A model generated the notes under the pieces. It worked only from the letters and a program-made list of their open reading frames with translations. It made no database searches and was not told the DNA's origin. A program made the position numbers and the translations under genes. DNA of 63,818 nucleotides, counting the filler, from Globobulimina sp. (taxonomy: Eukaryota): the NCBI GenBank assembly GCA_003354225.1. It is 33 parts of 33 records of this genome, joined end to end, with 100 filler letters (N's around TTAATTAATTAA, not from the genome) between each part and the next. Parts side by side here need not be neighbours in the genome. Positions count along the whole stretch, not along the records: positions 11,630 to 13,467 come from PIVH01011376.1; positions 13,568 to 15,405 come from PIVH01011377.1; positions 15,506 to 17,343 come from PIVH01011378.1; positions 17,444 to 19,281 come from PIVH01011379.1; positions 19,382 to 21,218 come from PIVH01011380.1; positions 21,319 to 23,155 come from PIVH01011381.1; positions 23,256 to 25,092 come from PIVH01011382.1; 26 more parts are not named here. One strand, given 5' to 3'. This document shows positions 13,263 to 25,192 of the stretch, piece by piece (position 1 is the stretch's first letter; each line of letters starts with the position of its first letter).

Positions 13263-13567
13263 TTTATGTTGAGAAAGAACAGTTAATTATCTATTTTTAG
13301 AATTTTCTTCAACACATTTCTCATAATTGTTGTTTGCATATTGATTTTTTCCATTTTTCGTATAATTTGGCTATCTGCTTGTTTCACTTTCAAAAAAGAT
13401 GTGGAATTGTTGGTTTAGCAGCATTCTTATTAACCCTTTAAGCAGCACGTGGACCTGCGATGGACCCNNNNNNNNNNNNNNNNNNNNNNNNNNNNNNNNN
13501 NNNNNNNNNNNTTAATTAATTAANNNNNNNNNNNNNNNNNNNNNNNNNNNNNNNNNNNNNNNNNNNN

Positions 13568-15271
13568 GACATCATACAATGTGTTGGAGAACAATCGAAA
13601 AAAGCGCACTCTGGCCATTACAAAACCGATTCACATTCTGCTGGCGTATGGGTCCCTGACTCGCACGCTAAAAACTGCAAATTGTGCAATGATAAATTTA
13701 GTTTTGTAAACCGCAGACATCATTGTCGTAGATGTGGCGGTTTAGTATGCAGCAAATGCAGTAAATATAAATTACCCAATGCCGATAGTGTGATGCAACG
13801 AGCTTGCAAGAAATGTTATTTTCAGTTAAATGTCAGTGATACTACGGACGCAAAGTCAAATGCAACGGCATCCGGTGCAGAGGATGATGATGAGGACGAA
13901 GATGATTTTGAAAATGAAAATGCTGCCTTACATTGCATTGCTTATTATGTGGACAATGCAGATGAGAGTTTTTCCACTGAGGATATATTTAATAAGTTTG
14001 GCCATGGGGTTGGTAGTTATGTGCTGGTGCCCGCCGACCAGGACTCGTCAAAGAGCGAATATTATACGGTGACCTTAGTGGTGTACACCCAAACTGGCTT
14101 CGAGAGTTTCAATGTCAGCTTATTTGAGAAAAAGGGCGGTATGATGTACAGATTGGAGAGCAAGAAATTGAAAAAGAAAGACTTCAATGATATGAATGGT
14201 TTGATTGCCTATATTGAGAAGAAAGAAAAGTTGATCTTTTCCTACGCCATCCCACGCAACGAAGTAGAGACTAAATATAATAATAAGAAGTTGTCCAAGT
14301 GGGAGAGTGTGAGTAATATTGGTATGAATAGCACCGACAGTTATGGCTATGGCAATGGTTACGGTGGCAATAATTCGACGACTGTGTATTCGCCACAATC
14401 CATTGAACGTAAAGGATTGGAGAATTATCCCAAAGGCAAAGCCCTGTTTGATTATGAAGCGGAGGTACACGGCGACTTAACTTTGCGTGCCGGGGATATC
14501 ATCTATATATTAGATAGGGAGGAAGAGGATGGATGGTGGACGGGTATGATTGGGAATAGACAGGGATTGTTCCCTAGCACCTATGTGGAAATTGTAGAGG
14601 AGAAACCTTTGCCTTCGATACATAAAAATGAACCAAATGAGGGCGATACGCTTGTGGCGAGATATGACTATGAAGAGGGTGGAGCGGAAGAGTTAGCCTT
14701 CAATATTGGCGATAAGATTATATTGCAAGCCAAGGATGAAAGTGGATGGTGGTTAGGCAAGTTGGAGAAGACGGGCGTGGTTGGTTGGTTTGCGCCGGAT
14801 TTGGTGGTCCCATTGGACGAACAAATCACGCCGGCGGATACAAATGAGACTAATAAAGCGACCTTTTCCTTTCAGGAGAAGACCAATACAAAGCAGCAGC
14901 ACAAAACTACGAAAACGAAATCACCAAAACATGGCAAGAAATATGGCAAAACTGGTGGCAAAAAAGTGGCGCCGCCAAAGGGGACCTCCAATAAAACAAA
15001 ATCTAAGAAGAATGCAGTTGCGGCGCCGCCAAAGAAAAACACGAAGATGGATGCGGAGGCGAAGTCTGCCGGGGATATGGATGTTGTCTGTATATCTTAT
15101 AAAAAACTAAAAGCGAAACAATATGGAAATGTGAAAGTGGATAAGACCAAGTTGGAACTGTATCTTTCAAACAAGGAGTTTTTAGAAATTTTTAAAATGT
15201 CAAGGGCTGAATTTTCAAAAAAACCTGGATGGAAACAAAGGAATTTGAAGAAAGACAAAGGATTATTTTGA
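13568..15271 (+). CDS. FYVE, SH2-like, two SH3 and villin headpiece protein, 5'-partial
   Basis: FYVE WVPD..CKLC...RRHHCRRCG..C; SH3s ALFDYEA..WWTG..GLFPSTYV and ARYDY..WWLG..GWFA; headpiece LELYLS..F..IFKM..W.Q..LKKDKGLF. Confidence 0.9.
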   Translation, partial: DIIQCVGEQSKKAHSGHYKTDSHSAGVWVPDSHAKNCKLCNDKFSFVNRRHHCRRCGGLVCSKCSKYKLPNADSVMQRACKKCYFQLNVSDTTDAKSNATASGAEDDDEDEDDFENENAALHCIAYYVDNADESFSTEDIFNKFGHGVGSYVLVPADQDSSKSEYYTVTLVVYTQTGFESFNVSLFEKKGGMMYRLESKKLKKKDFNDMNGLIAYIEKKEKLIFSYAIPRNEVETKYNNKKLSKWESVSNIGMNSTDSYGYGNGYGGNNSTTVYSPQSIERKGLENYPKGKALFDYEAEVHGDLTLRAGDIIYILDREEEDGWWTGMIGNRQGLFPSTYVEIVEEKPLPSIHKNEPNEGDTLVARYDYEEGGAEELAFNIGDKIILQAKDESGWWLGKLEKTGVVGWFAPDLVVPLDEQITPADTNETNKATFSFQEKTNTKQQHKTTKTKSPKHGKKYGKTGGKKVAPPKGTSNKTKSKKNAVAAPPKKNTKMDAEAKSAGDMDVVCISYKKLKAKQYGNVKVDKTKLELYLSNKEFLEIFKMSRAEFSKKPGWKQRNLKKDKGLF

Positions 15272-15505
15272 TCCTACAACCGGCCACTTTTTTTTTGTAG
15301 ACTTTTTTATTGAAAATTTGACTTTCATTCAATTGTATATGTTTGCTATGTTTTTTATTTTTTTACCTTTTTTCTGTTTTTTTTTTTTTTTTTTTATTGT
15401 TTTTTNNNNNNNNNNNNNNNNNNNNNNNNNNNNNNNNNNNNNNNNNNNNTTAATTAATTAANNNNNNNNNNNNNNNNNNNNNNNNNNNNNNNNNNNNNNN
15501 NNNNN

Positions 15506-15796
15506 ATCGATATCAATTTCTAACTCATCCGATGTCTTAATATGTATTGCACGGTCCATACCCATTGCCATTGCCGTTCGTAACTGTTCATTGCATTTGG
15601 TTGGGCCAATAGTGATTGCAACTAATTCTGTTGCGATCTTCGCTTCTTTAATGCGCACTGCTTCTTCCACTGCAATCTCACAAAATGGATTCATTGACAT
15701 TTTGACTGCTTTTTTGTCCACGCCCTTCCTATCTGCACGTACTCTGATTTTAACAGTATAATCTATCACACGTTTAACTGGAACTAGAACCTTCAT
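15506..15796 (-). CDS. ETFB: Electron transfer flavoprotein beta subunit, 3'-partial
   Basis: [17 protein letters not shown]...[18 protein letters not shown]...[15 protein letters not shown] is highly conserved in ETF-beta. Confidence 0.96.
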
Positions 15797-15918
15797 GTTT
15801 TGTTATACAATTAATTTAAACTGAGCACTCAAAAACAATTAGCGCGCTAACGATATGACGATATGTATCCTTGCACAGTAATTTCTAAAATACAATAATT
15901 TACAGATTGAAATAGCTG

Positions 15919-16416
15919 TCACTTTTCCGAAGTAAACTCATCTTCGCCAAATTTAAAAGTAGAATTCTTAGCATGCGCAGATTTATTAAATTTGCCTTTA
16001 ACAACAATCATTTCCAAATCGACATTCTCGGCGGAAGCAGCCTTGATCATATCCGTAAAATGCACTGCTTTTTTACTGTTATATTTATTTGCTTTATTGT
16101 TATATTGAATTAATTTCACTGCATTTATTCCATCCGGATTCACTTGAATGCGCACAAATTTATATTTAATCACAGCTTCATCATAAGCGCCTTCCTCATG
16201 TTGATCAACTCTTAAATAAACAAGATTTCCTCCCGCTGTTTCGCTCATTACTTGGTCCATTCCTGTGGCCACACCTTGCGATTTAACTGTCGTTTTATTA
16301 CCATTTAAATCCAAAATATAATAATTAATTGGTGGATTTTTGCGTTTTCCAATAGTTTTCCAGCATTGTTCTGGACCGACTGCCTCTTTGGCTTCTTGTT
16401 TAGCTTCCTGTGCCAT
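15919..16416 (-). CDS. ADF-H (coactosin/cofilin-like) domain protein
   Basis: Size about 165 aa; pattern YYIL...KSQG..G...VYLRV...KYKFV.I...PDGI. Confidence 0.55.
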   Translation of the reverse strand: MAQEAKQEAKEAVGPEQCWKTIGKRKNPPINYYILDLNGNKTTVKSQGVATGMDQVMSETAGGNLVYLRVDQHEEGAYDEAVIKYKFVRIQVNPDGINAVKLIQYNNKANKYNSKKAVHFTDMIKAASAENVDLEMIVVKGKFNKSAHAKNSTFKFGEDEFTSEK

Positions 16417-16637
16417 CACGATTCACGAGAAAATATTGAAAACTTTATATATATATGTCAAAAACTTTTACTATCTCACATTTTTCAAATTTTGCTTCAG
16501 TTTAGCATACTGTCCATCATCCAACAACAAAGAACAAGATACAACACACATAATGATTATGCCCCAAGAACATATAAACAATGATTGTTTACTCCAAAAT
16601 ATGCGCCAAGTAAAACGGCCATGTCCCACACGAGGCT

Positions 16638-17343
16638 TTGCCCCATCAATCAATCGACGTCCCACGCGACCTTAATCGATTCAATTCAACTCAATGTGTT
16701 TGTAATTCGTTAGTTGCAAACAACAACAATGATATACTGAAACATCGATCAGTATGTCGCTTCCCATCGTGTATGTATACAATTATACTGTTTCTAAAAC
16801 AACAAAAAACACAAATAATTTTCTGAAATTTCTGATGAATATTCCTCTGATTACACAGTTGTATGTTGCCGTCGATGCTATGCCATCTTTTTAAGCAAAA
16901 AAGAATTAAAATATCATCAGCTTAAATCAGTGAAATGCAGAGACCGTATCAGGAATATTAATGAATACAAATGCAAAGATAAAGCAACCTCATATTATTT
17001 ATGTGATTATAAGCAATGCAATAAAATATTTAATAATTACAGAGTATATTACAAACATAAAAGAAATCACATCAAATCATATAAATGTTTATTTTTTCTT
17101 TGTGACAGGTCGTTTAGCAAAAAAATGGACTTATTTATTCATGAAAAAATACACAAAAATACACGGACTGAGATATGCGAATATTGTGATAAACGATTCG
17201 TTCATCCATCAAATTTACATAAACATATTAATTACATTCATAAAAAAATTACACAAATTCAACCATTTATTTGCAAGAAATGTGGCAAGAAATTTAAAAG
17301 AAAAGATTCATTAATTAAGCATTTACAATCTCATTTAAATAGA
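16638..17343 (+). CDS. C2H2 zinc-finger protein (4 or more fingers), 3'-partial, 5' structure uncertain; probable intron about 16770-16858
   Basis: Fingers CDYKQC..HKRNH, CLFFLC..HEKIH, CEYC..HINYIH, CKKC..HLQSH. Confidence 0.8.
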
Positions 17344-17443
17344 NNNNNNNNNNNNNNNNNNNNNNNNNNNNNNNNNNNNNNNNNNNNTTAATTAATTAAN
17401 NNNNNNNNNNNNNNNNNNNNNNNNNNNNNNNNNNNNNNNNNNN

Positions 17444-18968
17444 AAACGATGAAAAGGAAAATGAAAATATGAGTGATGAATATGAAAACGAATACGAATA
17501 CGAATACGAATACGAATATGAATATGAATATTATCACACAAAAATGAATCACGACATTGAATGGAACACCACACCAAACGACCAACTATTCATTATTTCG
17601 AAAGACTTATTTGATATCGATATAAATGACAGCATTGCCATTGGTGTTGGTATAGATGATAAGAAAAAGAACAAAACAAACCATCAGAAGTGGAAAAAGA
17701 ACAAAAAAAAGAATAACAAAAAGGAGAATGAGAATAATAAAAGTGTTGCAAATGCGATTGTGGAGAGCAAAGAGAATAAATCATCATCACATTCACATTC
17801 ATGGACGGAATCATTAAACTCAATGTTGACGCACGCAAAGCATCGAATGTATACAATGTTAGCAAACCCATCATTTAAATGGGATTCGCGTAGTAATCGA
17901 CACTTATTCACATTATCGGCAGCTGCAACGGACCATGTATGGATTATGGGCAATCAGTACATATTTGATACTATAAACAATCGGGACATTATGCAAAGCA
18001 TTGTGTTGGATATTTATAGCAAAATATGGATAACATACCGCAATAAGTTCCAACATATATTGTCCTCATCGTATACGTCTGATGCTGGCTGGGGATGCAT
18101 GCTAAGGACCACACAAATGATGACAGCACAGGCTCTCATCATATTATATTTTGGTTACGGATGGAATTTAAGCAAACTTAAGCTAAATAGCAACAACATA
18201 CGTATTTATTATGACATATTGAGCCTATTTAATGACAGTCTGTGCAGTGAGAAATATCCATTGTCTGTGCATAACATGGTGTCGTATGGCACTGTGCTGT
18301 ACGATAAGGCCGTCGGTCATTGGTACGGCCCGATGCAGACTTGTATTATGATCAAGAAGTGCATTGAGAATAATCCGTCCTTAAATGCAATGATTGAAGT
18401 GATTGTGAATGATTGCGGCATTATTTATAGGTCCGATATTGATATATCATCAAATAAATATGCCTTAATTTTCTTGCCCTTGCGACTGGGCTTAGATGCT
18501 TTAAATATTAATTACATAGAATCGATTAAGCGATGCTTTCATTTGCGAGAATGTATTGGAATCATCGGTGGCAAACCACAGAGATCGTTATATTTCATTG
18601 GTTATCAGACGGATAATTTATTTTATTTGGACCCGCATACCGTTTTTCCAACGCCAAATCTGAATAAATCATTATCAAAACAAAAATGTGTGTTTCATTG
18701 CCAAGAAATAAATTCATTGCTCGGCAAACAATTGGATCCATCCATGGCCATCGCATTTTTTATTAAGCCAAACAAAGAGTGTTTGGATGCGTTTTGGCGC
18801 AACGCAGCCAAATTAATGGATTATGAATATTCTATATTTTCCTTAGCAGAACAACGACCAAATTATGAAAAAATATTTGATGTATTTGATACTAATAATC
18901 ACCACGACCATGGCCATGACCATGCGAATAGTGATTCAAACTTTGATGATGAATGGGAGAAAATATAA
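17444..18968 (+). CDS. ATG4: Cysteine protease ATG4 (peptidase C54)
   Basis: WITYR; catalytic Cys in SDAGWGCMLRTTQMM; WYGP; GIIGGKP; YLDPH (Asp/His); C-terminal LIR-like DDEWEKI. Confidence 0.96.
17475..17533 (+). repeat. GAATAY hexamer repeat encoding (EY)n
   Basis: Tandem GAATAC/GAATAT units seen directly. Confidence 0.9.
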
Positions 18969-19553
18969 TATTCATATAAATTGTTTTTTTGTTTTTCTTA
19001 TAGTCAGTCTTTGCTTGCCACAACAGAGGCGAGTCAGAGTTTTCAAATTGACCACTGCTAACTAAATTTTTTCTAACTGTCAAGTTTTTAATCTTGGATG
19101 ATCACTTAAGATTAAAACCAGCTTAAATATGTTTTTTGAAGATTAGGAAGGAAAATAGGTTAATAATAAAATGTTTAAGGTAACATTTAACTTTTTGCTT
19201 TTCAGTTTGAAATTACTGTTTTTACTGTAAACTCTTTGAATTTACAGTTTTTTACAGATTATTCAAAATAAAAAAATCTTANNNNNNNNNNNNNNNNNNN
19301 NNNNNNNNNNNNNNNNNNNNNNNNNTTAATTAATTAANNNNNNNNNNNNNNNNNNNNNNNNNNNNNNNNNNNNNNNNNNNNAAATTTAATGCGTCTTTTT
19401 CTTTTATTTGTTGGAAAATGTAACTTTCATTTGACATGGTAAAATTATCAAAAACAGTAAAGTAGATTTAGAAGTTTGTTTAGTAAATGTTGAAAATAGA
19501 ATGAATATATTATATGGAAAGTTTTTATCGAGTAGTCGAGAGTTAGCAACATC

Positions 19554-21218
19554 ATGGCAGACGAGAACGAACCACTTCTTGCAGAAAACGTAGAATTAGT
19601 GGGAGGAGCAGCAGATGTTACTGCAGCCACAGCAACTATGGATTTCACAGTGAAATCCTCTGTTTTTGGGAATGCTGAAGGTCGAGTGACGTTCGCGTGG
19701 TTATTATTTACGAGTTTATATTGGACCATAATTATATGGATACCCACCTTAAAAGAGATGTCCTTTGCGACTGAAGGATTAGTGGTTTGGTGTTTTGCCT
19801 GCATTGGAATGATATCCTGTTCCTACACATTATACGAAGGCAAATATCCATCGGGTGCCACCTCAACAGATCCATTCGAAATATCCGGCATTGGGCGTTA
19901 CACCGCGGCATTATTAATAACAGCCATTATCGCAGATATGTGTGCATTAATATTCATTGTTGCGGCCAATGATTTTGATTTTTCATCCGTATATAACGCG
20001 ACTCGATTAATTTTTCATTCAATCAGCGTGTTTTGGGCATCTTTGTTTTTTTTTAATAAATTTTATCGATATCATTCGTGGATGGCAATAAAAGCATTTT
20101 TTATGGAGTGGGCAGATATTATTTGGACTATCATTGTGTCGTATACATTGCGTGAATTTTCATTGGATGAAGGAGACGAAATGACAGCTGTTCATTGGAC
20201 ATATTTCAGTTTTGTCTTCATTGAATTGTGCGGCTGGATGTTTCCAATGATGTTAATCAAAAATTGGGTATGCAGTATTTAATATTTTCTATTTTGTTTT
20301 GTATACAAATAAACACAAAAAAGGGCGCTCAAAAATATGCGCAAACCGTTTCCTTTCATTTATTAATATTAGATTTGGCGACCGATGTCCCAGTAATTAT
20401 TGTTGTTTTTGCCTACAAAGCGTACAAAGACAGCACATTGGTCTTCATCGACGTGATCTGGAAATCTTTCTTATTAATTCGGAGCATATCCTATTATTTA
20501 GTCAATCAAATGTTGTACAGAACGGGCGCTCGCGAGAAAGAGCAAGAAGAAGAAGCAGGAAATGGATTGTTGGCAATGTCTACTTTATTATGGGTGGCTT
20601 TTGTCTCTTTGTATTGGACCGTGTTGACTTTAACTGCATTGATATCAGAAAATGAGATTGCGACTCAATATCAATATTATACGTGGTTTGCTGGCATGAT
20701 TGGCGTCGCCTGCGTTTACGACACGTGTATGAATGGATATTATGCCAACACCAAGCGGGGCAGATCCATGGTGGCCTTTTCTTGCACATTTATTTGTAGT
20801 GACTGGATCTTGCATTCTTTAGCCATTTTATATTGGGACAATGCGACGTGGACAGTATTACTTTGTATGGCTTTTCATGCCATTGCCATCTTATGGGCGT
20901 TGATATTTTTTTATGGAGACGCCCTTAAACGGGGTCTGTGGATCGCGTCCTTTTCGTTGGCCTGGGAGTGGATTGACATTATGTTGATGTACATTGTGAT
21001 TATTATCTTGCACTCCGAGTTAGAAACTTGTTTCTCGCAAACTATTTGTAACGGATATTTTGTGATTGCTTCGCTCAAATTGTATTTATGGTTTTTTCCG
21101 ATTATGTTTGGCTACGCCGGCACGGAGTGGTATATTCACGCTCATATGGTGATATTGGATACATTTACGGACTTACCGCTGCTTATTATTCTCATTGCCA
21201 CCGAGGGATATAAGGTGC
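19554..21218 (+). CDS. Multipass membrane protein made of two tandem homologous TM units, 3'-partial; intron 20268-20323
   Basis: Motifs occur twice: W..F.SLYWT, FH.I...WA..FF, EW.DI, W.FP.M, H..ILD..TD.P. N-terminal dileucine ENEPLL. Confidence 0.8.
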
Positions 21219-21318
21219 NNNNNNNNNNNNNNNNNNNNNNNNNNNNNNNNNNNNNNNNNNNNTTAATTAATTAANNNNNNNNNNNNNNNNNNNNNNNNNN
21301 NNNNNNNNNNNNNNNNNN

Positions 21319-23155
21319 TGACCCATTTCATATCAAAATGCCTTGTACTTTTCCCTCCGACTTCTAATAATAATCCATCACTGTTTTTGTTTTCATTTTT
21401 ATTATACGAATACAAGGCATTCATTGCAACATATTTCGATGTTGTTACACTTAAAGGTGCATTGTAACATATCGACATTGGCATATATACCGATTTGTTA
21501 ATAATATGATAATATTCCACTTTTTTACTAAATCCTGTTTTTTTACCGAAACATTGCACCGATTCACTCAAATATCGACCTAAATTAGCTACACAACAAA
21601 ATTACAAAAACATATAAATACTAATTAAATAAATACAACATACCAAGATGTGCATGACGTTGTTTTAGGTGTTCATCTGTTTCCGAGTTAAACGGTATTT
21701 TATGATACGTAGCGTTCAATTCATATTCAATGTGTTCAAAATTTGTGTACAATAAAACAGCAATTAAATGATGAATAGTTATAATTGAACCGCTTTTATA
21801 GTCTTTAAATCCATTTTCTGCTTTTATTTTTTTACAAATATCACACAATAAATAATTATTTGCCTTTTCAAATATTTGATTCCATTGTTGAATATCAATT
21901 GGACATAAACTAAATATACTCACTGATTCCTCTTTTAATGATACATAGCGGGCCGAAATATACCACTCTTTATATTTAGAACCAATATTATATATATCAT
22001 CACCGCTGTTATTTTTCCAATTCTGTGTATAATAATATCTATGGCCAAATTCTAATTTTATTTGTTTTCCATCAACATCATCATCATATTTTTGTTCATT
22101 TTGATGTTGATTGTCATTGCGATGTCGAATAATGCTGTTGTATTTATTATTGTTCGTTTTATACATTTGTTGATATACTTCCTTTGTTATATTGGAATTT
22201 CGTTGCATTGCATTCCTGTTTTTATCAATCCAATTAAATATATGCACCATTTCTTCAATTTCTTTTTCTTTTTTGTAAACTGCTTTTTTGGAGAAAGATG
22301 CCCTTCCAAATGATTTAAATACCAATGATTTACTTACTGTTTTTTTGCTTTCTTGCGTCTTTTCATCAGTGCCTGTTTCTTTATTCATGTCTTTTATTTC
22401 TTTCTTATAAACCTCAGTGCTTAAAATATATCCAATGTCGAATGAATGTAGAAAATAACAAGAGATGGTATCGAGTATTTGTTGAATACAGGTTTCTTTG
22501 GTATTACTTTCAGTGTTTTTATCTGTGGCTGATATAAAATATAAAGCATTGTCTTGTTGTTTGTTAAAATCCATTTTTTGTCGATAATGCCTTTTGATAA
22601 AATAAGATGTTGTTAGATCGGTATCACATTGTTTAATAATTCTATTATAAATATCCTGGAATTGATGTGAATGATTATCGATTAAATGGTGATAATCATT
22701 TATTAGTTCAACATTCGAATATCCATTTTCTTTGTCAAATACATTATTTATAAAACCATACATATGCATTGAATTTGCATTAGTATTACTATCTGTTTTT
22801 TCTTCTTCTTCTTCTTTAGTTTGAGCTGTAATATGTTGATCAATCCATTCTTTATGATATTCTAAAATCATAGAAATTCGAGTTAATGAAATACATTGAT
22901 TTACATCGTTAGAGCCTGTACAACGGGGCCCAATATAATTAGCACCATATGTCAACCACGGTGAACTGGATGAGCCAAATGCCTCAAATGAAGAATTTGT
23001 TCCTATTAAAGGTTCCAAAGTAATAAATTCATCACTGGACATTGCAGCAGCTTCGAAAAACTGTTTTTTAAAAACTTGCTTCACTTCTTCCAAACAAAAA
23101 CTCTTCAAGCTGTGCAATGTCTTACCAACGTTTTTAATTATTGCCAAATCAAAAA
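21319..23155 (-). CDS. Large protein with a C-terminal ADP-ribosyltransferase-like region, partial; intron 21580-21643
   Basis: Helix IAVLLYTN, then after the splice LSESVQCFG..YYH...APLSVTTSKYVA...GLLLE, in the order of ART-fold (R/H, STS, E) elements. Confidence 0.5.
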
Positions 23156-23255
23156 NNNNNNNNNNNNNNNNNNNNNNNNNNNNNNNNNNNNNNNNNNNNT
23201 TAATTAATTAANNNNNNNNNNNNNNNNNNNNNNNNNNNNNNNNNNNNNNNNNNNN

Positions 23256-25092
23256 GGCACACAAATGACATCTTGAAATACGACATCGTGCCATATTCTA
23301 TCCTCCAAATAATTCAACAAAGATACTAACTTTTTCTTCTCTTTCTGGCTATGTTGAGAACGTTCAATAGCTTGTTGATCAAACACTAATTTGGATAAAG
23401 CTTTGTCAGTCCTTTTAATATCTTGTATAAATTCTTCTAATTCCGCAAATTGCTGACTTCTTTGCATCACAACTTGTTGTCCATCATTTATATTTTTCTG
23501 TGATAGATATTTAACCAAATTGGTTAAAAATGAGATGGAACCAATAATAAATATATTTGCTTTTGTTTCATGTTGCTTTTCACCAAAAATCATTTGATAT
23601 TCTATAACGACCCGATGCTTCCATTCATGGAACCTAAGCATGTACAGAAATAATAATATAATATCTTTTACTTAGCAAAAAACACATACATATGAACAAT
23701 TTGGTTGTTTTCTAACAAATATTTGCTGTCATTGCTGGCAACCGAACTGGTATCATTTATGTTTGATGCTGTACTCTGACTAAAATCAGAATTGCCATAT
23801 TGTCCCTGGTTATAGTATGAATAATCACCTTTGCAGACAATATTGGCATTTTTAAATCCCTCATTGGTTCGTGCGCGTATAATTAACGCACGCGATAATT
23901 TAAGAGTATATGACACTTTATACCACTGTACACGATCAAAATGACCCATTAATAAGGAGTCTGGTAACCGTTTGGGAAGGTTTGCAAATTTCTGATTTTT
24001 GAGATTTTGACTCTGACTTTGGACCAACGTGCTCCATGACGCCAACATGGATGATGCCGAGGACTCAAATACTTGATTGCTTAAACTCGATGAACGTACC
24101 AATACGCCTAACTGCACTAAATTGTCGTCTTTAAATAAAGAATCAACTTTGTTTCTAAACCATTTCGCAGGAATTGTATTTTGGATTTTATTGTTATCGT
24201 AGAATTTAAAAAGCTGTGAATGTTCTGTAAACTTATTCGTATAATGCTGGTACAATGACGGCGCATTTTTGACTTCATTCAACGACAAATCATCATCATA
24301 CGCATCATTCTCATCCAATGTCTGTATATCATCAATCTCCGCATCATTCCCGTGTTTCATTTTATGTATTTTATTTTTATAATGGTGAAATTGTGAAAAC
24401 ATAAATGATTTTTCATATTCAGAATGCCGATCAATTTTATTAATATTAATAATGGTTTTATTGTACCGATCATATATCTTTTTTTCATCATCATTGTCGC
24501 CAAAGCATTTCTTATATTGTTGATGCAATGTTTTATGATCTAACAATATCCCATTGGTGAACCTACAAAAAAACTCCAATAGGTCGGAATCAGGAACGTG
24601 CCCAAACGGCGTATTCGGACTAAATTGTCGCTCGCAACTTTGCAATGTGTTGACAGAAACGTCTCGTCTCAAAACCTGTAAATGTTTTCAAAAAAATGTA
24701 CTTGAGTCTGAACCATACTGCACTGCGAATGCATGGCTTACCTGAGCTAGTACGCCACCACCATAGGTTCCAGTGTCCCTTGTGTCCAATGACAAGATGC
24801 CATCGGTGATAATCACAATATTTGGACAGCCTTCGACAGGCATTCTATCCAAACAAAATAAACTATGATGTATAATATCCTCCCAGTCAACATTTAACCG
24901 AGTCCCTTTTTTGTGCGTTTCTCTTAACTGATCGACACACTTTGTTTCCAATTTTAAAAATTCGTCGTACAATTTCACCAACAATGAATCGATTTGTTGC
25001 GTATTCTCATTACATTTTATCTGGTCATTCAATAAAATAACTAATTGCGTATTGGGTAAACCGACCGCAATGATACAAATATATAATATTAT
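23256..25092 (-). CDS. SZT2: KICSTOR subunit SZT2 homolog, N-terminal vWA-like part, internal fragment; introns 24676-24741 and 23634-23689
   Basis: IVIITDG; PFGHVPDSDLLEF; IRARTNEGF; spliced QIVHMFHEWKHRVVIEY. These resemble SZT2 motifs FGHVPN, RLREGY and WKHNMRIEY, recalled rather than searched. Confidence 0.7.
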
Positions 25093-25192
25093 NNNNNNNN
25101 NNNNNNNNNNNNNNNNNNNNNNNNNNNNNNNNNNNNTTAATTAATTAANNNNNNNNNNNNNNNNNNNNNNNNNNNNNNNNNNNNNNNNNNNN

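Noticed and set aside
19086-19248. Short hairpins TTTTAATCTT/AAGATTAAAA and ACTGTAAA/TTTACAGT downstream of ATG4
   Set aside because: Stems of 8-10 bp in very AT-rich DNA are expected by chance.
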